From Octopus bimaculoides (lineage: Eukaryota): 63,972 nucleotides of DNA. The position numbers were made by a program, and so were the translations under genes. The notes beneath the pieces are model-generated. The model was given only the letters and a program-made list of their open reading frames with translations. It had not been told where the DNA came from and ran no database searches. Each line of letters starts with the position of its first letter. Positions within the stretch are counted from its first letter, which is position 1. Where the stretch lies: NCBI RefSeq assembly GCF_001194135.2, contig NC_068999.1, positions 1,113,759-1,177,730 of the forward strand, written 5' to 3'. This document shows, piece after piece, positions 1 to 12,930 of this stretch.

Positions 1-136
1 CTTTTCTTCTTGGGGTTTCGTTTTCGCTTTCTACGCGTATAATAGATGGATAATCTTTCATCTAACATTTCGCCAGGAATAAAACAAAATAAGCAACAAC
101 AACAACAACGACGACGACGACGACGATGATGTGAGG

Positions 137-257
137 TTTCAAACTTTTGGTATGATACCATCGAAATTGGGGGAGGCGTAAGTCGATTGTACGGACCCCA
201 CTTTTCGACCCTAGATGTATGAAGGACAAAGCTGTTCTTGACGGAATTTGAACTCCG
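137..257 (-). mobile_element. Degenerate tRNA-derived SINE, family A (Deu/Nin-like central domain)
   Basis: Plus strand has gggggaggcgtaagtcgat...ttcgaccc...gacggaatttgaactc; the reverse complement gives B-box gagttcaaattcc. Aligns by eye with the copies at 16.0 and 50.1 kb. Confidence 0.65.
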
Positions 258-425
258 TGATGATGATAATGATGATGATGATGACGACGACGATACTGAC
301 GATAATAATTATGTTGATGGCTATCAGTTGGGGAGCATTATGGCAGGGGTGATGATAATGCTCAGAGCAGCAGCAGAAGCAAAAGCAGCAGCAGCGTTAG
401 TAGTAGTAGTAGTAGTAGTAGTAAC
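258..425. repeat. Compound trinucleotide microsatellite (GAT/GAC, GCA, GTA)
   Basis: Direct inspection; explains ORF 238..441. Confidence 0.9.
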
Positions 426-469
426 ACTGTTACAAAAATGAAATATGTATCGTTATTGCATATTAAAGT

Positions 470-706
470 CAAAATCTCTGTATCTTTGAGGGGAGGGGTT
501 TTTGCTGAATACATTGGTGGCAGTACTGGCCTGGTACTGCGTATTACAAGTGTCGAACGGTGAAAGGTAAAGTTTACCTTGGAGAAATTTGAACTGAAAG
601 AAACGAAACAAAAAGAATGTTTAAAGAAACTCTAAAGACGCTCTTTTCCTCGTGGCAGAACGGAAAATGCTTCTTATGATACGCTCTATTGATTCTACCA
701 ATCAAT
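470..706 (-). mobile_element. Degenerate SINE family A
   Basis: ctggtactgcg...gaaaggtaaagtttacc...gaaatttgaactg...tgattctacc matches the family A layout. Confidence 0.55.
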
Positions 707-859
707 CTCGGCGGGTGAATATGAAAAACCCTAATTTACGGCCATAAATTTTAAATGGAATTTTATACGATTTTCGAGATCATCTTTAATTACTTGTTAA
801 TTACGTGCTTCTTCATTCGACCATTTCACTCGTTTCGAGTCTTCCACTCCATTACAACT

Positions 860-877
860 ACTATCATGATGATGATG

Positions 878-910
<33 letters not shown>

Positions 911-1080
911 TTCATCATCATTGTCTTCGTCGTCCTCGTCGTCGTATCGTCATCATTTAACACCACCAGCACAATCTCCACCACGATTACTATAATCAAT
1001 ATCATCATCAGCAGTAGCAGCATAGACTTTATCAGCAATCTCCCTCTCATCAGCATCATCATCATCATCAGTAGCTTCTT
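860..1080. repeat. Imperfect (ATC)n/(GTC)n microsatellite
   Basis: Direct inspection. Confidence 0.9.
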
Positions 1081-2521
1081 CAGTATTTTCTGACGTCGCA
1101 CAGAAAACCAACACTTCTATATCGCTATTTCTCCCACCAAAAAGGCCGTCGTAAATTTTAGCAATAAGAAAAAGTATTTTCAAGTTCAATCTCTGTTTAG
1201 GAAGACATGATCCCTCATTCAGATTATCATCGGACCGGGAGTCAAATTATATATATATATATATATATACATATATTAAAGAAATAGAGAAATGGAATTG
1301 GCATATAAATCTATTTGCGTTATAATTTAGTATAATTATACTATAAAAAGATATGATATAATATAACAAATATTTAAAATAAATATATGCCCTACATTTT
1401 GTTTCGATTCATATCCACTAGTGAATTTATAAAATAAATAGCATTTATGCATATGAATCTCGTCAGGGAAATATTTATCTAAAAAATTCATGCCATGACT
1501 GCTAAATCATAATATAGTCGCATTTGGAATATACCTATGTTTGCAAGCGGAAGCATTAATAATTTTAAAATATAATAAATATAATCAAAAACAAAACCAA
1601 AATTCAAATATATAAAATTAATTAAATAAACGAAACAATTACAACGGTCATTAAATGTTCTTATGCATCTTGAACTATATTAACCGAAAGCTATTTTAAT
1701 CTTGAATAATCACTGCCCATTTTTTCGTATATGAAATGTATATAATAAAACCTATATAATATGTTCAGAATTTATGGTGGAGTATGAAATATATTGTATT
1801 TGAAACTTCTATATACTATTTCGAAAAAATAAATAAGGATATATTTGATTCCCACACTAAATACATTAAAAAAAACTTTTAATCAACGATTCATTAATTC
1901 AACAGGTTTCTACTAAATACGGCGATGTTAAACAAGAGCATAAAGTTAGGATTATTATAAACTTTACAATCATTCACATAAAAATGATAATAATATACAA
2001 ATGAATAAATTATCAGAATTTTACTTAGTTTTACAAAAGGAAATATGTTAGTGTAAGCCAATGGTTTTATTTTTCTATAATTTATATATGCACATAAGTT
2101 CGAAAGAGAATAATATAGATGATAGATAATAGTGTCTACAAGAAATATTCATATATGCATAATTATTCAAGAAGATATATAATTATATTTAGGAATTATT
2201 CTACTCTGTTTATGCGTACTAATATAAACATTATTCTTAGTAATTAAGAAGTAAAGAACAAATTTATCAGAGAAAAATACCATTGTAAATCAATGTTTAT
2301 ATATTTATACATTCATTGCATACGGAAAAATAACCGGAAATACGTACTTACAATAGAAATGTTTTTAATCAGAGTCTTTATAAAATTATTTATATAGCAT
2401 TATTATTAAATTTAAGTTATATACTTAGAATCATTTTATATAAAGATGATAGCATAAATTAAAACATATCTTAAATTTAACTACGAATATAGTGATATAG
2501 TTTGCAGTTTCGACAAATATA

Positions 2522-2655
2522 TTCTTTTCTACTCTAGGTACAAGGCCCAAAATCTTTGGAGAGACGGACAGTCGATCTAATCGACCCCCCACCCCACTAC
2601 GCAACTGGTACTTAATTCATCGACCCGGAAAGGATTAAAGGTAAATCGACCTCAC
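2522..2655 (-). mobile_element. SINE family A, 3' portion
   Basis: ctactctaggtacaaggccc...caactggtacttaattcatcgacccggaaaggattaaaggtaaatcgacctc; close to the 16.0 kb copy. Confidence 0.8.
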
Positions 2656-2892
2656 TTAAGACAAATATGTTTATTAATCGACTAAATATTATAAATATCC
2701 TTACTGATATAATAATATTATAAATATTCTTTATAGGTGTATTATTTATATGTGTATATATAGACATACATACAAATTAGTTTTTATTTGTTGTGCGTAA
2801 GGAATAATAAACCAAATATTTATTTCATTTGTAGAATTAACAATATTAAGTGTGTCAAAACCTGCATATAGGGTATAATTTTAGTTTTAAAT

Positions 2893-3110
2893 TTAAGCCT
2901 TATATCTTGTCTTTTCTTGTATTCTTTCTGTGCCTGTAATGCTACATTCACTTACTATATGAGCAACACTTTCTTCTTTTGATTTGCATAAACTACACTG
3001 GGATTTTTCTATCTTGTCTCTTATCCAATTCGTCCTTAGTGTTTGATCTTGTGTTGCTACTAACGAACATTCCGTCTCCCTTTTCAGACTTCCATGAGCA
3101 ATCATGCCTC
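2893..3110 (-). mobile_element. R4/Dong-like RLE non-LTR retrotransposon relic (CCHC knuckle region)
   Basis: GSLKRETECSLVATQDQTLRTNWIRDKIEKSQCSLCKSKEESVAHIVSEC, then after a frameshift AQKEYKKRQD. Matches the LKxETE..AAQxQ..CxxC..HIxSxC..LAQxEYKxRHD signature. Confidence 0.85.
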
Positions 3111-3111
3111 A

Positions 3112-3166
<55 letters not shown>

Positions 3167-3205
3167 GTTGCTGTTGTTGTTGTTGTTGTTGTTGTTGTTG
3201 CTGTT
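3111..3205. repeat. (TTA)n-(TTG)n microsatellite
   Basis: Direct inspection; abuts the R4-like relic. Confidence 0.95.
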
Positions 3206-3374
3206 ATATATCACTGTTGTTATTATATATTGTTTTGTTATTATATATTCGTGTCTATATGTCATTCTATTCATTTATGCCTACGTCACAATTCGCTGCT
3301 CCCAAGTTCATCAACTTATGAGCAAAATATATCTCATACGTTCAATACACAGATTCTGATTAAAATTAATTCAC

Positions 3375-3448
3375 CTAAAACTCGATCGACATGACAAACA
3401 TAACCCTATAAAAGCCACCCAAACTTCATTATGTCCATTCTTAAAAAG
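3375..3448 (-). other. Candidate 74-nt exon, unverified
   Basis: Acceptor aaattcttacag and donor TAG|gtgaat; one open frame LFKNGHNEVWVAFIGLCLSCRSSF; no homology recognised. Confidence 0.2.
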
Positions 3449-3719
3449 CTGTAAGAATTTGAAGTATAAGATTTTTAATGAATATCTAAACCTATATTTT
3501 CTCTTGGCATTTAATAATGCTATGCCAGAAACCACTAAACGCATAGGGAATAAAATATGGATTACAGGTTTCACTTTAATTAAACATATGTCAGTTTTTA
3601 AATGAAAATGCAAAATATTTCAGTATATTGTACTAGTGTTTCGATAGATTATCTGAAATTTGCAAACATTTGAATTTATATTATATATACATATGTGTGT
3701 GAGGGAGTATATTTGCGTG

Positions 3720-3782
3720 TTTCTTTGTGTGTATGTGTGTAAGTGTGTGTGTGTGTATGTGTGTGTGTATGTATGTGTGTGT

Positions 3783-3858
<76 letters not shown>
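3720..3858. repeat. (GT)n microsatellite
   Basis: Direct inspection. Confidence 0.95.
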
Positions 3859-3860
<2 letters not shown>

Positions 3861-4269
3861 CTCTCTATCTGTGTGTATTGTTTTGTAGAATATATATACA
3901 TTAATATTATATTAAATGGAGAATGGTTTTGCAAAAGCAAAATACAAAAGTATGGTATTCAAATATAAATTTATGAAGATGTCAGCTCACGGGAGTCTTG
4001 GATTTGGTAAACAAGAAAAATCTGATAAACATGTTTACAAATGATGCAATTTTCCAGCAACATACAGCATTCATTTTGGGTTTAATTATAAATTAATTAA
4101 AAAGGATTAACTGTTTCATTGAAATGCAATATAAAATGCTCAACTAATGAAAAGGTAATTACCTCTAAGGAAAAGTGATTCTAGAGAATTGGAAAATAGA
4201 AACAGAATATATATTTTCATACAGAGTGGTATATTATCCGGTATATGTGCGTATATTAATATTAATATA

Positions 4270-4308
<39 letters not shown>

Positions 4309-5144
4309 NNNNNNNNNNNNNNNNNNNNNNNNNNNNNNNNNNNNNNNNNNNNNNNNNNNNNNNNNNNNNNNNNNNNNNNNNNNNNNNNNNNNNNNNNNNN
4401 NNNNNNNNNNNNNNNNNNNNNNNNNNNNNNNNNNNNNNNNNNNNNNNNNNNNNNNNNNNNNNNNNNNNNNNNNNNNNNNNNNNNNNNNNNNNNNNNNNNN
4501 NNNNNNNNNNNNNNNNNNNNNNNNNNNNNNNNNNNNNNNNNNNNNNNNNNNNNNNNNNNNNNNNNNNNNNNNNNNNNNNNNNNNNNNNNNNNNNNNNNNN
4601 NNNNNNNNNNNNNNNNNNNNNNNNNNNNNNNNNNNNNNNNNNNNNNNNNNNNNNNNNNNNNNNNNNNNNNNNNNNNNNNNNNNNNNNNNNNNNNNNNNNN
4701 NNNNNNNNNNNNNNNNNNNNNNNNNNNNNNNNNNNNNNNNNNNNNNNNNNNNNNNNNNNNNNNNNNNNNNNNNNNNNNNNNNNNNNNNNNNNNNNNNNNN
4801 NNNNNNNNNNNNNNNNNNNNNNNNNNNNNNNNNNNNNNNNNNNNNNNNNNNNNNNNNNNNNNNNNNNNNNNNNNNNNNNNNNNNNNNNNNNNNNNNNNNN
4901 NNNNNNNNNNNNNNNNNNNNNNNNNNNNNNNNNNNNNNNNNNNNNNNNNNNNNNNNNNNNNNNNNNNNNNNNNNNNNNNNNNNNNNNNNNNNNNNNNNNN
5001 NNNNNNNNNNNNNNNNNNNNNNNNNNNNNNNNNNNNNNNNNNNNNNNNNNNNNNNNNNNNNNNNNNNNNNNNNNNNNNNNNNNNNNNNNNNNNNNNNNNN
5101 NNNNNNNNNNNNNNNNNNNNNNNNNNNNNNNNNNNNNNNNNNNN
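4309..5144. other. Assembly gap. Others: 5715-5797, 9043-9755, 10481-11299, 11947-12295, 28497-28997, 38658-39435, 45265-46084, 53452-53775, 55144-55454, 56800-57122, 57943-58577, 61045-61127, 62276-62513
   Basis: N-runs, almost all flanked by (AT)n or (ATCT)n/(ATAG)n. Confidence 1.
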
Positions 5145-5170
5145 ACATATGCATATATATTTGTACGTAC

Positions 5171-5235
<65 letters not shown>

Positions 5236-5797
5236 CACATATGTCTGTGTGTATGTGTATGTATACATCTACAGTTGAGTTTGCGTATAAATGTTTAGAA
5301 ATTAAACAAAACTTGAACATACTTATTACTTTCAAATATACGCTGAGGTATCAAGAGAAATAAAAACAATAAAACATAAAAAAGAACTAAAAATACAGAA
5401 ACGGTCGATAAAAGGAAGAATAAAACAAGAACGTACATTTAAAAGATTTCAAAGAATGAATCTTTGGAAATATGAGGAATTAAGAATGACATTTTGAAGA
5501 ATGGAAACGTAAAATGTATAATGCAATGCCTGGAAGATGCATTTTAAACTAAGTCATACATAAATAAACACATAAATTTAACGTTAATGGAGAAAACTTT
5601 CATTCATTTATTCATTCATTCATATCTGTGTATGTAGAAACACAGATAGATAGATAGATAGATAGATAGTTAGATAGATAGATAGATAGGTAGATATATA
5701 GATAGATAGATAGANNNNNNNNNNNNNNNNNNNNNNNNNNNNNNNNNNNNNNNNNNNNNNNNNNNNNNNNNNNNNNNNNNNNNNNNNNNNNNNNNNN

Positions 5798-5829
<32 letters not shown>

Positions 5830-6124
5830 ATATGTATATATGCATGTATATATGTGTATATATGTCTGTATGCATGCATGTATAATAAAGTGAGAGCGAG
5901 AGGTGTGAACTGTGGAAAGCATAAAACAAATCTTAAACCATTCTATAAATTTGGGAATGAAGCAGTCACATTATAATATAAAATAAGATCGTTGTTCTAA
6001 GGATGAGTGAAGTGCTCAGTGAACAGTTTCAAATTGTATTTACCTCCTACCTTAGATACACGCAGATAAAATCTATAGCTGAATTCTTTAATATTGCAGC
6101 CCTAAAATGAAAGGTGCCAACCAT

Positions 6125-6245
6125 CGGTGAAACCGACAATGAGTTAGAAAATGTAGAGAAGATGAGCTCAAGCTCAGCAAGTGGTCCCGATCGCTTCCCA
6201 GTTATCATGAGGAAGCTACACAGCTACCAACTTAAACTTTAGTCA
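6125..6245 (+). mobile_element. Possible CR1-clade LINE relic (start of RT domain)
   Basis: ENVEKMSSSSASGPDRFPVIMRK resembles the SAxGPDGFP motif; downstream RT motifs not recognisable. Confidence 0.35.
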
Positions 6246-7393
6246 TTGAACTACATATAAATGTCTACTGGACACTCTCCTATCAGACAGATTAAATTTG
6301 GAGTGCCTTGATCCCGAATACAAATGCTTTACTCGCAGACGTCCACCAACCAGTCCTCGCTTTTTAATACCGCAGATAACAGTTTCATAGTTTCCTTTTC
6401 TCATGAGGTCTGCGAAGGGATCGCATATGTGCGACAAATATTTCGAACCTCCTCACATGAATTTAAATTTATAAAGAGTATAACGGTTATCTGCATTATT
6501 AAATGTCTCGAATGGCTTGGCTCCTTTATGATGTAATTTCTATGTATTATATGTGAATTATAGAATGAAAGGTTTCTGAAAATTAACTTATTATAGATAG
6601 TTGTGTCACACTACAATAACTGATCACAATTATTAGCTTAAACAAACAACCCGAACGAGTGCAATCAGTCACTTTCCCGGCCGCACCCTCAATGTTCGCC
6701 GTCCTCCTTCCGTATACTGTTTCGAAAGCAGTATTGAATAAACTATTATTTCTTTCTCGGTAAACACATAATACGGTTTGAAGAAAATATGATTTATTAG
6801 ACTTGATAGTATGATCAATATTATTGGGTCTTTCTTTGATCTATCTGAATACAATTTTCGAAAAAAAATATTACTGTTCATATTCCCTCAGATCTGAGAA
6901 AATATGTTATGTGTTAAAAAAAAGTAATAAAATTCTGGTAAAGTGTAGTAAAATAAACGTACTTGCAGTATATGAAAATAGTTCAGATATATTAAGGTAA
7001 ATAATGCGTTTCTTTTTTGCTTTGATTTATACTATTTGAGCTGGTTGGTTAAATTTTCTATTATATTTGTTGTGACCACACGAAAAAGAACGTGGTTAGC
7101 GGTGGAGATAGATTAGGTTTGTACTTGTGTTTCCTTTTTAAGCAACCTCTGTTAGTTGACGATGATATCTAAAACATATTTAACAATGGATTTCCGGTTA
7201 TCTGCAAAATAACTATTCACAAATTTTGGTGAGTAGTTAAGAAAATTGCTTTGGAATTGTGTGCTTCGGAGTTCTGTGTCTGTGTGTGTCAAACTGAGTG
7301 AGTGTTTTCTGATTTAGTTCCGGGACAACAAATGCCTTTTGAGTGAATATGGGTGAGGGAAACCTGTGGTAGACAGTTAGCGGGCGGGCGCGG

Positions 7394-7433
<40 letters not shown>

Positions 7434-7540
7434 CAGAGTGAGCACATAAATTTGAAGAAAGGTGTGACAAAATAAAACTCAAATACCGGAGTGGTATGTT
7501 TTATTATTAAAGAAGCAAAAACATCGCAAGAATATCGCAA

Positions 7541-7586
7541 AAAACTGCTACTCAGCGTTTCATTTTCCCATTCGTCTGACAGTTTT
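7541..7586 (-). ncRNA. Minimal type I hammerhead-like motif in a Penelope-like terminal repeat (U4A variant)
   Basis: Minus strand aaaactgt-CAGACGA-atgggaaaat-GAAAC-gctga-GTA-gcagtttt: 8-bp stem I, weak stem II, short stem III. Confidence 0.5.
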
Positions 7587-7741
7587 GACTGAGAATGAAA
7601 CAAGACTTAAAGTTATCTGTATCAATGTACAAATTACATTCATAGATACACATTTGAAATTGAAAGAATATATAAACACACGCTATTGACATACAAAGGC
7701 ATACAAACTTAATCATACACACATTAAATCATACACATACA

Positions 7742-7772
<31 letters not shown>

Positions 7773-8183
7773 GTAGGGCCAACGCTTACAAATATTGATA
7801 ATACATATATACAAACATATACAGGCAAATATAAATGTGAATATATTCACTAATGTACACATATGTATCTACACACACACACACAGTTACAGAAAGAGGA
7901 AAAGAACAAAAAGAATGAGAACAAACATATACGCGTATATATATTTACATAATATATGCACAAATCTACATATATACAATACATATATACGCATACGAAT
8001 ATATTCAAAACTGTTTGTCTGGTGTAGTGGATATTAAAATAGGAATAAATAATAGTACAATTGCAAATGTGTAGATTGAATAAAACCAATTATAAAATTA
8101 AGTTGAATTGCAAAAAAATATTATATTGTGTAATATAATTTAGTGCAATATAAATTTGAAAATATAAATTTTAAATTAATAAA

Positions 8184-8250
8184 ATTTTGACCTCGGCGAA
8201 ATTTAAATCAGCAACTAGCGAAAAATCGCTAAAGTTCTGTCAGCGTTGTC
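8184..8250 (-). mobile_element. SINE family A head fragment, degenerate
   Basis: tgacctcggcgaaatttaaatcag...cgctaa. Confidence 0.45.
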
Positions 8251-8569
8251 ACTTAATTAGCAATGATTTTGATTCGTAGACTGCGATCAGTTCGACACTT
8301 GACGCATGGCACACAGTGTACATGTTGGGACAATGTTGATTTGGCGGAGAGAGAGTGAGCTAATGTGCCGCACGAACATTTGATGACTATACACAAATCA
8401 ATTTTGCAAGTCGTTCGGCAAAAAGCTGAAATGTCATACGCCATGTTCTACCAGAGGGGCCATTACGCATATGTATATATTTGTGTGTGTATGTGTGTGC
8501 GTGCGCGTACGCAGCGCACGTATGTGTGTGTGTATGTATGTATGTATGTATGTATGTATGTATGTACAT

Positions 8570-8735
8570 AATTATCGCCTTTGTGGACCGCTAAATACAT
8601 CGCCATGATCGACCACTAGCCACTAAAGCTTTTTTAAAAATTTTCTCTATGTTTATTTCCACGTGTCTCTTTCTGTTGAAGAGGATAGGCTCTAAATGTA
8701 AAAGACTTTCTCATCTTCCCGAGCGTTAAACTAAT
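8570..8735 (+). mobile_element. Penelope-like terminal repeat relic with decayed hammerhead motif (8668-8705)
   Basis: tcttt-CTGTTGA-a-gag(gatagg)ctc-taaat-GTA-aaaga; shares catcttccc and gagcgttaaactaa with the 28.0 kb copy. Confidence 0.5.
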
Positions 8736-8922
8736 GATAATAATAATCCATGGATGGAATATTTTTAATATCTTAATGCATCGCTTTTTGCGTTTCCATA
8801 TTTATATATTTCTGACAAACACAGTCCGCATTCGTGGGATGATTACAATACAGTCCATTGTATCCATGGACACCGGATGGACCAAAGTTCAAGTGTTCCT
8901 ATATTCATGTGTGTGTGTATGT

Positions 8923-8957
<35 letters not shown>

Positions 8958-9000
8958 CATACATACGCACACATATACATGTCTGTGTGAGTGTATATAT

Positions 9001-9042
<42 letters not shown>

Positions 9043-9818
9043 NNNNNNNNNNNNNNNNNNNNNNNNNNNNNNNNNNNNNNNNNNNNNNNNNNNNNNNNNN
9101 NNNNNNNNNNNNNNNNNNNNNNNNNNNNNNNNNNNNNNNNNNNNNNNNNNNNNNNNNNNNNNNNNNNNNNNNNNNNNNNNNNNNNNNNNNNNNNNNNNNN
9201 NNNNNNNNNNNNNNNNNNNNNNNNNNNNNNNNNNNNNNNNNNNNNNNNNNNNNNNNNNNNNNNNNNNNNNNNNNNNNNNNNNNNNNNNNNNNNNNNNNNN
9301 NNNNNNNNNNNNNNNNNNNNNNNNNNNNNNNNNNNNNNNNNNNNNNNNNNNNNNNNNNNNNNNNNNNNNNNNNNNNNNNNNNNNNNNNNNNNNNNNNNNN
9401 NNNNNNNNNNNNNNNNNNNNNNNNNNNNNNNNNNNNNNNNNNNNNNNNNNNNNNNNNNNNNNNNNNNNNNNNNNNNNNNNNNNNNNNNNNNNNNNNNNNN
9501 NNNNNNNNNNNNNNNNNNNNNNNNNNNNNNNNNNNNNNNNNNNNNNNNNNNNNNNNNNNNNNNNNNNNNNNNNNNNNNNNNNNNNNNNNNNNNNNNNNNN
9601 NNNNNNNNNNNNNNNNNNNNNNNNNNNNNNNNNNNNNNNNNNNNNNNNNNNNNNNNNNNNNNNNNNNNNNNNNNNNNNNNNNNNNNNNNNNNNNNNNNNN
9701 NNNNNNNNNNNNNNNNNNNNNNNNNNNNNNNNNNNNNNNNNNNNNNNNNNNNNNNTAGATAATATATATGTGTATTTCGTTTTGGGATGAATCTCCCAGA
9801 CACAACAGAATATATATG

Positions 9819-9862
<44 letters not shown>

Positions 9863-10406
9863 CACAATCAGTATAGTTTTACTAGCTCTAAAGCTGTCAC
9901 CGATAATGTAGTATGTGATACTATAATTCTACTAGTATCTAACTATTCACCACACAGATAATAATCTATTGATATATAATTGGAAAATGTGTTGTAACTT
10001 TGTAATTTAGAGTTGAATTCCTCCGGGGGTAGAGTTTCTATACGTAATAAGCCTAAGCTTTGCATGAGTATATGGTAACTGTCAGATAGAGTTAACGACC
10101 AAGAAAACGACTTTGTAGATTTTGTGAAATATCATCATTATATCTTGAATAATGGCTGCGAATATCCTGCAGGTTTTTCTTTAAATTGAGGCAGGTCGAG
10201 TTGGATTACAAGCGATCTTTTGATTTCCGTCGAAATATGAAACTGTAGGAAAATTTCGGCAGCTAATTGTCACGAAGAAATATGTGTACACATAGAGACG
10301 ATCTGATACTCACACAGAGAAACACACACAAACACACACTGGTGTCTTGCTGATGTGTGTAAGAAAGTATGTATATAAGTATATGCGCGTGTGTGAGGTA
10401 CACACG

Positions 10407-10480
<74 letters not shown>

Positions 10481-11299
10481 NNNNNNNNNNNNNNNNNNNN
10501 NNNNNNNNNNNNNNNNNNNNNNNNNNNNNNNNNNNNNNNNNNNNNNNNNNNNNNNNNNNNNNNNNNNNNNNNNNNNNNNNNNNNNNNNNNNNNNNNNNNN
10601 NNNNNNNNNNNNNNNNNNNNNNNNNNNNNNNNNNNNNNNNNNNNNNNNNNNNNNNNNNNNNNNNNNNNNNNNNNNNNNNNNNNNNNNNNNNNNNNNNNNN
10701 NNNNNNNNNNNNNNNNNNNNNNNNNNNNNNNNNNNNNNNNNNNNNNNNNNNNNNNNNNNNNNNNNNNNNNNNNNNNNNNNNNNNNNNNNNNNNNNNNNNN
10801 NNNNNNNNNNNNNNNNNNNNNNNNNNNNNNNNNNNNNNNNNNNNNNNNNNNNNNNNNNNNNNNNNNNNNNNNNNNNNNNNNNNNNNNNNNNNNNNNNNNN
10901 NNNNNNNNNNNNNNNNNNNNNNNNNNNNNNNNNNNNNNNNNNNNNNNNNNNNNNNNNNNNNNNNNNNNNNNNNNNNNNNNNNNNNNNNNNNNNNNNNNNN
11001 NNNNNNNNNNNNNNNNNNNNNNNNNNNNNNNNNNNNNNNNNNNNNNNNNNNNNNNNNNNNNNNNNNNNNNNNNNNNNNNNNNNNNNNNNNNNNNNNNNNN
11101 NNNNNNNNNNNNNNNNNNNNNNNNNNNNNNNNNNNNNNNNNNNNNNNNNNNNNNNNNNNNNNNNNNNNNNNNNNNNNNNNNNNNNNNNNNNNNNNNNNNN
11201 NNNNNNNNNNNNNNNNNNNNNNNNNNNNNNNNNNNNNNNNNNNNNNNNNNNNNNNNNNNNNNNNNNNNNNNNNNNNNNNNNNNNNNNNNNNNNNNNNNN

Positions 11300-11333
<34 letters not shown>

Positions 11334-11911
11334 GCAAATATATACACATACATACTCATATATGTATCAATAGAAGCATATACATACCTACATACATGTA
11401 AATGGTATTGGCATCACACGCACATACTTATGTCAACCTGTGTATATAGTTTCTACATTATATACTCCCCGTTTTATACAATCTCATGTACACGCAATCG
11501 CATATATAAGATATAATACAGTGATAGCTTTTACAAGGTCGATCTCTATGCGATACGGCATAAATATGTGATTGTTTAACCTCACCCTATTAATGGCGGT
11601 GGAGCTAGCAATCACGTTAACCAAACTATCAGGGCTGACACTCTACACAACTCCACGCAACTCCATTAGACATAAAACTCTCCCAGCTCTGACGAAATTA
11701 TCGGATCGATACATTTATATTGCAGTCAATTATTTCTTGTGGTTCAATCAACACATAGCTATTGCGGTTTAATATCCTGGGTATTGATGTATGTAGAGTA
11801 GGAGGACAGCCTGTGATGGCCTGCACGCTCTACACTCTCCCCCCTCTCATCACACACTCACTTACATACACTTATGTATATTCACACTGCTCACGCATAT
11901 ATATTTTTGCT

Positions 11912-11946
<35 letters not shown>

Positions 11947-12589
11947 NNNNNNNNNNNNNNNNNNNNNNNNNNNNNNNNNNNNNNNNNNNNNNNNNNNNNN
12001 NNNNNNNNNNNNNNNNNNNNNNNNNNNNNNNNNNNNNNNNNNNNNNNNNNNNNNNNNNNNNNNNNNNNNNNNNNNNNNNNNNNNNNNNNNNNNNNNNNNN
12101 NNNNNNNNNNNNNNNNNNNNNNNNNNNNNNNNNNNNNNNNNNNNNNNNNNNNNNNNNNNNNNNNNNNNNNNNNNNNNNNNNNNNNNNNNNNNNNNNNNNN
12201 NNNNNNNNNNNNNNNNNNNNNNNNNNNNNNNNNNNNNNNNNNNNNNNNNNNNNNNNNNNNNNNNNNNNNNNNNNNNNNNNNNNNNNNNNNNNNNNATATA
12301 TATATATATATATATAGCTACATATATTTATGATATGTATATATATATATATGTATAAATATATATATCTGCATACATATATAACATGCACACACACACA
12401 TACACACATATACATGCGCACCCACACACCCTCAGACATATATAAATATATACTCAACCAGTTTTGTGCAGGCTGTTCTATTGTGCATTTTTATAACTTG
12501 CTACTCTCCAATATGTGCAAAATACGAATCCAGGCTTAATAAATCCGTCCTAAAACTCTATTATAACGCTTTCTAAGAAAGGAAATCAT

Positions 12590-12930
12590 TTGCGATCACT
12601 GCCGCTGTCCGAAAACTACCATAAAAGTCATTCCACGTGCAGCCATGCCATTTTTATGGAGCCTATTCTACCTTACCATATATAATCTACCATGTACTTC
12701 CTTTCCTTAAAAGATTCTAGAGCGTGCTTTGGATTAAGTATTTCCACACCTTCAAGCAGATCAATTGAGTATGTTGCGATACGTAGCAATTATATTAACG
12801 ATAAAATCAATTCCCTGAAATATCATTTCGTATCAGTTTATTCCTCATCGAAAATAGGATCTACCTCTTTAATCCGTGATCATCAGCTGAGTAGATTTCA
12901 TAAACCTTCCTTGCGATTCCTCACAGTAAT
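12590..12930 (-). mobile_element. Possible highly decayed R4/Dong-like relic
   Basis: Frameshifted pieces RKEGLxNL, GKEVHGRLY, MAWL, TAAVIA in the expected order; weak. Confidence 0.3.

Noticed and set aside
5300-5570. Possible LINE or Penelope-like 3' relic
   Set aside because: Resembles a repeat I recall, but too decayed to support from this sequence.
11684-11715. CTGACGA...GATAC motif
   Set aside because: Stem II base unpaired, GAAA altered, no cleavage triplet; at most a very decayed relic.
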